A DNA stretch of 64,000 bases, from assembly GCA_002245135.1 (NCBI GenBank), contig NGBS01000018.1, positions 1-64,000 on the forward strand. The letters run 5' to 3'. Positions 25,663 to 36,816 of the stretch are shown here, one piece after another. The first letter of the stretch is position 1. Every line of letters starts with the position of its first letter. Source of the stretch: Proteromonas lacertae (taxonomy: Eukaryota). Below the pieces are notes generated by a model. It was not told the origin of the DNA. It saw only the letters and a list, made by a program, of their open reading frames with translations, and did no database searches. A program made the position numbers and the translations under genes.

Positions 25663-28600
25663 ATGAGTGGTGGATTAATTCCTTTAAATAGTGGAAAAGT
25701 ATATATAATGTGTATTAATACATTTTTAGAAAAATTCTGGTGGAGATAGTTATACAGATGATTTTTTAGATGAATTATTGTCTGCTGGTATGTATAAAAG
25801 ATTATATAATTGCGTATAGAACCTCCTCCTGTAACAAAAGAAAAGTATTTTCGTTATTTATTTATATTCTAGGTCTAAAAATAAGTATTATGTATTTTAT
25901 GTTTTTTTAGAAAGTCAAAATCACACAAATTAGGAGGTATAACTATAATAATTCAAAATTTGTATAATAGATTCAATGGGAAGTACAAAACATCATCATA
26001 AATCAAAACATAAAAATAGTTCAGTATAATTATTAACAATGTTATGTATAATAATATTAGAAATTCGATTCATCTGAAGATTCATATCCTGCACCACCAG
26101 TAAATAAACCCAAGAAATTTTCAATGCCAGGAGATGGTTTTGATGATGATTTATTTGGATCATTAGGAGCTGATAAACTATTACCAAAGAATAAAAAATC
26201 AATGTCAAATCAACAAGAAGAACCAAATACATACGTATAATATATAATCATAAATAATAATTGAATTTAGGGAGATATAAATCAAAATAAATCACCATTA
26301 GCAGCTACTAATAAGCAATTTAATCCTAAATCTAACAATATAATAGACAGTAGTACAGATTTTGATGATATTTATAAACCAAATCCAAAATCTTCTCCAA
26401 TTCCACAGAATATTCCTGTAAAAAATGAACCTAAAGCAGATTCAAACAGATAATAATAATAGAAATAGAAATGGTGAAGATTATGATAATGATGATGAAA
26501 ATAATAACAATAATCAGGATGAAGATGAGGATTCAGTGAATTTTGACGATGATGATGTAGATATATCATTTTGAATGTGTTATAATAATATTATCTATTG
26601 AAAATATCTTTAATTCATTATTTTTTACATATTAGAAAGTCCAAAGAAGCCAGAAAAACAACCAGAAAAGCCAAAACCAAGTGAAACTAATTCTAGAAAT
26701 AAGAGTAGTACAAAAAATAGTAAGAATAAAGAGTTTGATGATGATGAATTACCACTTTCTAATGATAATAATGAGAATGATGATGATGATGATGATGATG
26801 ATTTACAAATACCAACTATAGTGACAAAACCTCGAATTCAAGCAAGACAAAGCAAAGATAATGATAATAATGATGATAGTAAGAAAAGTACTACAATTAA
26901 TAATTATATTGTCAATAGATATAGATAAGAAGAAAAAGAAAGAAAAGTCAGATAGCATTTATTCAAATGAATCAGATGTATAAACTTATACATAATAATA
27001 ATTATTAGGGTGATATAAGTAAATCAATAGATGATTTATTTACAGAAAATAGACCAAAAAGAGGTGCAAAACCAGCTGGAAGACCAAAAGCTACTGGTAG
27101 AATAGTATGATATATCATTCCATTATATATATTAATTTATAGAAAATACCATCAGTTTTTGCTAATAATCCTTCTGCTGCTGCTCTTCCTTCACCATTTA
27201 CCAATAATCCATCTGCTACTCCTCTTCCTTCACCATTTATGCAACCACCAGCCACCAGCTACCAGCTCCTTCAACTTCACCATTTGCCAATAATCCATCT
27301 GCTACTCCTCTTCCTTCACCTTTTGCACAACCACCAGTACCAGCTCCTTCAGCTTCACCATTTGCCAAATAACCCTTCAGCTGCTTCTCTTCCTTCACCA
27401 TTTATGCAACCACCAGCACCAGCTCCAGCTCCTTCAGCTTCACCATTTGCCAATAATCCATCTGCTACTCCTCTTCCTTCACCATTTATGCACAACCACC
27501 AGTACCAGCTCCTTCAGCTTCTCCAGCACCAGCTCCATCATTAATACCCAATCCAAATCCACTACCAGCAAAAGATGCATCACCAAAGAAAAGAGAAAGA
27601 GAATTATTACAACAAGCAGTAGCAAAACAGAAGGCATTGGAAGAAGAATTAGAAAAGATTAAAGAAGAAAATGCTAAACTGAAGGAAGATTATGAAAATG
27701 TAGAGAAAGAAAGAGATGAATTGAAATCAAAATATGATAAATTAGATGAAAGTAATTCAAATCTTAAAGATGATATGAAAAAAGCAGTTGAAGAAAAAGA
27801 GGACATTGAATTGAAATATGAAACTCTGAGAAAACAAACATCAACTGATATAGAATTACAACTAACAACGCAAAAGAATAAATATGAATCACAACTAGAA
27901 ACAATAAGAGTAGAATGTGAAATGGAAAATAAGAAATTATTAGCTGAAAAAGATGATAAAATCATTGAATTATCAAGTGAATTAAAACAACTGAAGTTAG
28001 ATTTTGACTATTTGAAGAAAACAACAGGAAATACAGAAGATAAATACAAATCAGAAATTGATGAAAAAGAAAAGAAATATAAGAATCAAATCAAAGAATT
28101 AAGTGAGTCTTTAGAAAAGAATAAAGAAGATTATGATGATTATAAGAAGAGAACAGATTTAGAATTATCATTAATGAAAGAAAAACATTCAAAAGAAGTT
28201 CAAAAATTAACAAAAATGAAAGATGATGAAATAGAATCTTTGAGACAAAGACTTCAAGATGTTCAATCAATCGATAAAGTGTTGGAGAAATTACATGATA
28301 ATAGTTCATCCATAAAATCATTATATGAAAGAGTAAATGCAGATAGAGATGAATATGTAAATAAGGTATATATATATATATATATATATATTGTTTATAT
28401 TTTTATATAGCAAGAATTTACTTTAAATGTAAGAGAGAATCTAATCAAAGATTTAGAAACATCATCAATGACTCAAAGAGACAGAATGTTGAAAGAAGCA
28501 AATAGATTACAAGTATATATATTTTATTCATTTATTTATTATTAGGAATTATTGTCATATATGGAACAACGAAATGAAACAATTCAAGTAAAAGAATATG

Positions 28601-29498
28601 AAGATCTCAGAAGACTTCAACAAGAAAATGCAAAATTAACATCACTCCATTCATCTTTAAAAGAAGAATATGATATATTAAGAGAAAGTATAGCAGCAGA
28701 AAAAGGAAAAATAAAAGAAGATAGAATGTTATTCCAAAAAGAAAAAGTAGAACAAGAAGTGTTGATGGCTGATAGAAGAGAAGCATTAGCAGCAAAAGAG
28801 AGAGATTTGGAGTTTGAAAGAACAAATTTATTCAATAAAAAGAAACAATATGAAGAATTAATAGATCGAAATAGAAGATATAAAGATTCATTTGATTTGG
28901 AAATTGAACAAAGAAGAAATGAATTAAATGCAAGAGAAGATTCAGTATTAAGTCAAGAGCATCAGTTGAGATTGAAAATGAATGAAGTTATTAAGAAAGA
29001 GGGCGAAATAGCACGATTAAGGAAAGAATTAGATCATGACAGAAATGAATTTAAACTAACAGCTGAAACTTTTGAGAGAAGAAGTATATATATTGTTTTT
29101 TATATATGATATTAGTGACTGAGAAAGCAAAATGGATTAAATCTAAATCAGACGAAGCTGATAAGGAGAAAGAACAAGCATTGATGTTGAGAAAGAGTAT
29201 TGATGAAAGAGAATTGATGTTGAAAGAAAAAGAAAATGAACTTAGTATAATAACATTATTTATTGTTGTTGAATAGTTCAAAAGCAATATGAAATTTCTA
29301 ATCAATTAGCTCAGTTAGGTCAAGTAAAATATGATTATTATAAATCAAAATCACCCAAAATGATTAATATGGATTTAAATTCAGTAAAACAACAAACTCC
29401 AAAACTTAATTCTTTTCCACTTCCTTCAACCTGAACAACAACCATTTATGAATGATACTTTTAGTAATACTATATCTACTATAAATCCAAATCTTTCA

Positions 29499-29540
<42 letters not shown>

Positions 29541-29730
29541 GTATATTCTCAACCAGCATTTCAACCAATTGAAGTTGTTCAATCACCTCGTCAAAGAAGA
29601 AGAGAAAATGGTGTAGCAAGAAAAATGAGTATATATATTTGTTATTTATGAAATATTGATAGGTTTTCACGATGAATTAAATCTAGCCTTGGAATTAGCT
29701 AGAAATGAAGTAAATAATTACAAAAAATAA
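25663..29730 (+). CDS. Large coiled-coil protein, FBF1 (centriole distal appendage)-like
   Basis: Low-complexity many-exon N-terminus, Pro-rich repeats, and a long coiled coil (LEKLHDNSSSIKSLYERV..QEFTLNVRENLIKDLE..EANRLQELLSYMEQR..RLQQENAKL) resembling the FBF1 C-terminus by eye. Confidence 0.55.
26563..26628 (+). other. U12-type AT-AC intron (66 nt)
   Basis: GAT|ATATCATTT...TCTTTAAT(26607-26614)...TTTTTTAC|ATA TTA GAA restores ..DDVD-ILESPKKPE. The GT-AG alternative (26557-26635) is out of frame. Confidence 0.85.
27158..27540 (+). repeat. Coding tandem repeat encoding FANNPSATPLPSPF(M/A)QPP.PAPSASP
   Basis: About five copies of AATAATCC(A/T)TC(T/A)GCT(A/G)CTCCTCTTCCTTCACC(A/T)TTT with Pro-rich spacers. 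Confidence 0.85.
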
Positions 29731-29809
29731 ATTATAATATAATTAATTTCATTTATTCTTTAATTCAACAGAAACAATTCTAAAAAGTGATATACATATA
29801 ATTATATTT

Positions 29810-31341
29810 CTAACTAGCTGATCCATCCATACCAAATTCTCTTGTCCATTGTTCATATCTCAACAAATCATCTTTAGAGACAGTTCTCTTCGTTTTAGAA
29901 ATAACATACTCAATATCATTCTATATAAATAACATAATGACAATATACACAATTCACTAGATCATTAATCATTTCAACTTGATTCATCTGTTGTAGATCT
30001 TCATAAGTCTTTAAAATATTTCTTCTTCTCAAATCATTCTCTTCATTGATATTAGCTGGAGTATATGGTCTAAACATCTGATTTACATTATCATAACAGA
30101 AATATCTTGTTTGTTGAATTCTTTTCACAGGTTGCATTGATGCTTCTTTACACATTGTCGTAATATCAGAACCAGAAAATCCATCAGTTGCATCTAAGAA
30201 TCTATCATAACTTTGTGGATTATTTAATATTTCATTTGGTATTCCTTTTAATGAATTATTGAATAATACTCTTCTTGCCTCTTTATCTGGTAATGGAATG
30301 TAAATTCTTTTTTCAAATCTTCTTCTAGCTGCTTTATCTATTTCCCAAGGCTAATTAATATAATAATATATAAAATATAATATATACCATATTAGTTGCT
30401 CCTAATACCAATACTCTTTTACTAATATCACTATTGGATGTTACACCTTGCATTTCTATTAATAATTGAGTTTTAATACGTCTAGAAGCTTCATTTTCAC
30501 CCTATTAATATGAATTATATATATATAAATAGAAATACTTCAGTTCTTTCTGTTGCAATTGAATCAATTTCATCAATAAATATAACAGAAGGTGCTTTCT
30601 TCCTTGCTAATGAGAATAATGATCTAATCATCTTCTCAGATTCACCTTGCCATTTCGAGACTAAATCTGATGAACTAATTGAGAAGAATGAACCTTTAAT
30701 TTGACATGCAACTACTTTAGCTAAATATGACTTACCAGTACCAGGTGGCCCATACAGTAATATACCACTCCAAGGGTGTAAATCACCTGTAAACATGTGA
30801 CCAAATTTAGTTGGCAGTTCAATTGCATCTCTTAGTGCATCTTTAGCTTCTTTTAATCCTGCTACATTGTCCCATGTTAATCCTGATACACTAGCCATAG
30901 CATCTTCCAATTGTTTTTCAAAACCTTCCAATTCTGATGGTTCATTATTATTTCCTGATTGATTTAATGCATTACTACCTTGAGGATTATTAGAGTTAGG
31001 ATATTGTTGTTGTTGTTGTTGTTGTTGTTGGAGTAATTGCGGGGGTGGATCAGTAGGAAATTGGTTTGGATTTACAATATTTGGTATAACACCATTACTC
31101 TTTAGTCTTTCTGCCTTTTTAAGAAACACATCTAAATGTTGCAATGCTACCTCTCCCGATTTAGATTTATCAGCTATTTTAATAGAATAACATAAAATAT
31201 ACACTTTGCTACAATGGCTAGAATTTCACACACTGTAATGTAACAACCACAAGCTGTAGATGGATCACTGTTTACTAACGCATCACCCCATTTTTCTAAT
31301 TTCATAATATGATCCCATTGTCCCATAAACTGTTGTCCCAT
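29810..31341 (-). CDS. VPS4: VPS4-like AAA+ ATPase
   Basis: [75 protein letters not shown]-terminal QWTREFG; divergent MIT-like N-terminus and poly-Q linker. Confidence 0.88.
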
Positions 31342-31563
31342 TTCAGAAAGAATAAAAAAACAAAATAATCGGGTTTCGGTTATCGGAATATTTACACTAT
31401 ATTCTTTTTCTTTATAATAGCGATATAAAATTACAAAATAAAACCAGAAATAATATTTTGATGAAAATAGGATGAGTAATTCTCGTTTGAAACAATAATT
31501 TCATGTTTTTGGGGTATTTTTCGATAGTTTTTGCTAAAACGGTTATTTTTCTGTTTTTATTAA

Positions 31564-32512
31564 ATGCTTAGCAATAGAAAATTTGTTCAACATGAGGTTG
31601 CTCGACAACAACGAATTTATGAAGAATCTATCAGAAAAGCAAAGCCACATCCAGATATAGCATCATTGGATTTTAATGAACCAATAAAATGTCCAAAGAA
31701 TCGTAGAAAGGAGTTGATGATTGAAAGTATATCAATATATAATTATAGTATAGGAAGAAATAAAGAGATCGAGTTTGAGAATGAAGTGTTACAGAGACAT
31801 CTACTTGATATAAAGAAGCATGAAACTGCCAGAGTATTTATAAATTTGAATTTATTGTTAATAGCCACCAAAGTCACCTATTGGTTTTAAACCCAAGTCT
31901 ATGAATTATACAAGAAGAAAAGCGGAATATGAAAAGATAAACAAAGAGAACGCAATGTTCTTGAAAGAATTACAAAATATTAAACCACAGTATTCTTATA
32001 AAGAAGATATGAAGAATTTTGAATTAACAAAGAAATATTTAGAAGTGTCAAGCGCAAGAGGATATAATCCATATTTAGTAGTACATAAAAAACAACAACA
32101 ACCAAGTCCACGTTCATTACCTCCATTATCAGGAAGAAAAAATGAAAATAGTCAAAATCCTCAACAACCAAAGAAAGACAAATCAAAATCATATAAAAAG
32201 AAAGTGACGAATGGAATTAATACAAAGAAAGAAGAAGATATTAAAGAGAAGAATGAAGAAGTTAAGCAGGAAGAAAATGAAGTAAAAGAAAAAACAGAAA
32301 TAGAAGAAAATAAACAGGAAGAAAGTGAAGTGAATGAAGCTAATGAAAATCCAAATGAAAATAATGAACAAACATCAAAAGAAGAAGGTAAAAATGAAAA
32401 GCCAAGTGAATCTGTGAATGACGAATATAAGGAAGGTGAAAAGCCAGAAACTGATGAGAATGATAATTTTGATGATAAATTTAATGAAGTAAATAAGTTG
32501 CTAAATGAATAA
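31564..32512 (+). CDS. CFAP97/Hemingway-domain protein
   Basis: RNKEIEFENEVLQRHLLDIKK...SMNYTRRKAEYEKINKENAMFLKELQNIKPQYS pattern; two short introns; acidic tail. Confidence 0.7.
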
Positions 32513-32552
32513 TAGTGTTTATTTTTTATTTATTTTTATTTTAGGGGTTTTA

Positions 32553-32700
32553 GGGGACCAGCCATATTTCATCTACACAAAAGTAAGTAGTAGCACCAAA
32601 ATTAGGCCGTTCCATTTCCCACAGAAATTCATTTGTAACTTTGTACAATGCTCCTAGTCTCAATAGGGGCTTTAGTTTCCTTACTCATTAGTTTGAGGCT
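32553..32700 (-). ncRNA. RNU12: U12 small nuclear RNA (minor spliceosome)
   Basis: Minus strand begins AGCCTCAAACTAATGAGTAAGGAAA (cf. the conserved U12 5' end GCCTTAAACT(T/A)ATGAGTAAGGAAA). Branch-pairing GTAAGGA at 32684-32678, stem-loop GCCCCTA/TAGGAGC, Sm-like site AATTTCTG, 3' stem with apical TTACTTTT loop; ~148 nt. Confidence 0.9.
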
Positions 32701-33168
32701 AAAGAAAACAATAGATTACAATTTTAAATAACTTATTTTTTATATGAATTATTTTATGGGATATTGTGAGGCTAAATTTATATTTCTTTTCTAATTAATG
32801 TAGAGGTATGATTTTTTAAAGTATTTAAAACAATAATAAACAACACTTTTGAATAATAGTAAAAATAGTAAAAATAGTTGTATTATGATTCTGTAGAAAG
32901 ATGTGATAACTCATAAAAATGATTAATTAACAACATAATATTTTTCAATTATCATGCAATGCAGTTGTATTTACAAAATTTTACTTCTCATCTCTTTCTA
33001 CAACACATCAAAAATAGATTTAAAATTTATTATGATCAAGCCAAATGCTTGATGATCCTTTTTGATTGATTTGATTGGCTATTCTCACAATCATTTGAAT
33101 TAATCATAACTCGTTTATTTGGTATTTTCATCTTATTATTATAAATAATTTAGTTTATAGAAAGTGAT

Positions 33169-36146
33169 ATGGACTCATTTATAAGTTTGTTTAAGGGTGC
33201 TGATGTAAAAGTGAATTTACATTTTAGTGAAGGTGATGGTTTAAATTACCGTATATCAAACAAATGCATGGAAAAAAAAGTGTATTTTACTGAAGATGCA
33301 CCAGATGAAGTAGTTTGTTATGGTTGTTGTAAGAAGGTTGATAACATTAAGGATGATGATCCGAGAATTATTATTTCTAAAAGTGGTATTCAGTTTAAGG
33401 GGAATCCTACAGAAGCATCGAATGAAGTCTCAAAGATGTTTAAGAAAGATGACTATTATTATATCATATTTGATATGAAGAAGAGGGAAATATCAATTCA
33501 ACTGCATGATAAAGACAATATGTCATTAAAATTGTGTAGTGTTATATACAGTGGCATTCCAGAAGTAGTTTATCCTTTTACCAATTTGTTATTTAATACT
33601 GTTGAAGGTGACGATGATGATACTTCACAACAATTATCAAAAATATCAAGTGGTATGAGTAGTTATCTAGCTAGTTATAAAAGAATGAGAAAACCAAGTG
33701 TTGTGTTTGGTGGTGATAATAATAAAAGAATGAAGTTAGAAGAAGATAGTTTTGTGAAGATAATGAACAGTTTAGTAGAAGACACTGATGTAGATTTTTT
33801 AAGATTTAAAGATGATAGTGTTAAAGTTTTTCAATTTCCTAAAAGAATGATTTTAACGAGAGATTGTTATAAAGTTATGTATGAAGATATTATCAAAATA
33901 ATGAGATTCATCAGTTATCCAACAGTTGTTATAAGAGGACAACCTGGTATAGGTAAAACAAGTTTTTTGTATTACCTATTACATTGTTTAAAGACAAGAG
34001 ATGATTATAGATATCATGATAGAGATAAAACAATAGAAAGAAAAATAAAAGGTATATATATAGTAAAGGGAAAGAAGAATGGTAGTAAAACTGATAAAGT
34101 AGTATATGAACTTGACCAAAAAACCCAAAAAGTATCTATTAAGAAAAATCCAAACTTGAGTAATGTTACAGAATCAATAATAATAGTTGATACTTATAGT
34201 GGTGAATTTAATCCAAATAATATCGTAATTTCCATTAGTTCTCCAGATGAACATAATATTGAAGAATACACAAATAGAGATGATCCAATAAAATTATATT
34301 TTGAAACATTAAGTTATGAAGAATTAGAAAAATGGTTTGATAAATGTATAGATATTGACAGAGATAAAAAATTTAAAGATATTTGTGAAGCTTATGGTAA
34401 TATTCCAAGACAAATTTACTTTCATCATTTATATAAAAAGAATTATGGTAGAGATTATTGGAAATATTATGTGAAATTAATAGATAGTGTAGTTGGTACA
34501 ATTGGTTATAATAATTTTGTTGGTAATTATATGAAAGAAAGTCAATTAACCAAAAATAATGGATTATCGAATATAATATTAAGATATGATTATAAAAAAG
34601 AAATGAATGTGGTATTAGGTCATGAAGTATTAGTACCAAAAGATCATTTAAAATTCATATCTGAAAAAGTTGAAAAATACATAGTGTGTAAATTCTATCC
34701 TCCTAAAAATGAATCTGAATATGATGAAATATGTGATTATTATGAACAACTTAATAATGATATAAGAAGAAAAGAAAATGAGTTAAAAAGAATGAATAAT
34801 GTTAAAGAAAAGGAATTTACCCAAAAAGAAATAGCAAAAGATAAAGTAATGAAGAGAATTGCAATGAAGCAAATGATATCATATGAATTGAGTATGGAAA
34901 TAATAAAATTGAATGTAAAAGAAGATAAGAAATTTATGTTAAACTATGAAAAGCCAATCTCATTTAGTCATCCTGATGGTGGAAAACATTATGTTTATAT
35001 TATATTGGATGAAAATAATTATTTTGATTTAATAATGAATGGAATATTTATAAAGATATTCTTAGATGATGATGAATTATCAATTGATGAAAGAAGAATA
35101 ACAGAATCAATCAAAGTATAAATAATCTATATTTATATAATATAATATAATAGGAATATAATAAATGTAAAGAATGTCAAATTAAGTGTTGTTTTTTAAA
35201 TGAAAAGAGAACACAGATCTTTCCAAATAATGTAAAACCAAAACCAAAAGGTAAAACTAATGAAAATAGTAATGTTAAAAAAACAAAAAGTAATGATGAA
35301 GATGATGTATTTACTGATATAAATGATAAAAGTCTTTATTTAATGAGAAAATGTTTTTATTCAATTTTGAATCTTATTTGTCCTGAAGATATAGATATAT
35401 CTTATCCACATCAAAAGAACTATTTAATATTTGGACAAACTGGAATAGGAAAATCAATATTAGCGAATGTTATAAAAGAATATATTCATGAAAAAAGGAA
35501 TGGAGTAGTTAAAATAAAACATAAAAATAAAAATGGAAAGAGAATAGAAGGTTATAATGAAGATAAAATAGACAGAGATTATATAATAATTAGTGATGGA
35601 GGTGTAATTGGTGAAGATGATTATGGTGATGCAAAAATGATAATATTATTAGCTGATCCATCTGATGAAAAGTTTAAGACATTTGAGAGTAAGAGATGTC
35701 CTCTGGTGATGTATATACCTCCATTTACAAAAGAAGAAGTAGAAGACGTAATAATTCTAGAAAATCCTAAATATAATATACCTACAAAACATTTTTTAAA
35801 TAGATCTGAATTAAGAGAAGGTTTAACAGCATTATCTGGAGATATAAAGGGTTATGAAAAAAGAAAAGATTTATATAGAAAGAATTATGAATATTATGGA
35901 GGTGTAATTGGAAATATAGAATGTGATGAAGAAACAATAAAAAGTAAGCTTAATGAAATGAAGAAAGAAAATAAATTAGAAAATATAATTAATGGAATTA
36001 ATGTATGTTCTCTTTCAAAAGGTAAATATAACAAAGTATTAATATATGAAACATGTGAAGAAGATGTTACTGAATCTAATCATTTGATATTTATATCTGA
36101 AACAATTCAACAAATGGCAAAGAAAATCTTATTCAAAAATAATTGA
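33169..36146 (+). CDS. SPRY-like header + P-loop NTPase + REase-like segment + second P-loop NTPase (Crinkler/RHS-like), ~979 aa
   Basis: Intron 35116-35153 joins the two ORFs in frame. Walker A GQPGIGKT and GQTGIGKS; Walker B-like IIIVD / IIISD; ISISSPD / ILLADPS; YGNIPR / YGGVIG; ENNYFDLIMNGIFIKI. Confidence 0.7.
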
Positions 36147-36240
36147 AAAGAAGATTTCACTATATGAAAAATATAAATAATTGAATTGGTTATTTGAGTT
36201 AAGGTTTAAAAATTAAATCAAGCCAAATAATAAAATCATT

Positions 36241-36454
36241 TTAAAAAACTACTGTAAATACAGGCTGGTTCCATTTGCCAATATAACGTCTAAACACGTT
36301 TATAGATTTAGTTGGAGTTGCTATTACACTACAAATATAACTGATATTATATACCTCATCGATATTTTCGCATTTAAAGGTAATTTACTAACTTCACACA
36401 CATCTCTTGTTGGTGGGAATTTATGGTGTTTTTCGAATTTTGTTAAGTCAGATA
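36241..36454 (-). pseudogene. Duplicated 3' fragment of the RidA gene with an internal deletion
   Basis: SDLTKFE-KH-HKFPPTRDVCEVSKLPLNAKISM matches the RidA 3' exons; 62 nt (39584-39645, including one intron) replaced by 6 nt. Confidence 0.85.
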
Positions 36455-36816
36455 TTGTTCTTAATACCTTTATTGAGATATAGTCATGAAAGAGGTATAA
36501 ATGGTATAATTCGATGGATATTGAAAGATAAAAATGAACAAACAAACAAACAAGAAAGAGATAATTATTATAATAAGTATTATTTCTTTCCTTTTTGTAG
36601 AATCATTTGATAAAAACAACATAATATTATACTTCTCATCTCTTTCTACAACACATCAAAAATTGATTTAAAATTTATTATGATCAAGCCAAATGCTTGA
36701 TGATCCTTTTTGATTGATTTGATTGGCTATTCTCACAATCATTTGAATTATTCATAACTCCTTTATTTGGTATTTTTATATCGTTATTATAAATAATTTA
36801 GTTTATAGAAAGTGAT

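Noticed and set aside
27158..27540. CRISPR-like repeat array
   Set aside because: The repeats are coding Pro-rich units inside a eukaryotic gene, with no unique spacers.
29501..29539. (AAT)n tract, and (TA)n or (TAT)n tracts in introns such as ~49400-49436
   Set aside because: Ordinary microsatellites of an AT-rich genome.
32538..32556. TTTTAGGGG x2 as an interstitial telomere
   Set aside because: Only two units, and one overlaps the 3' stem of the U12 snRNA.
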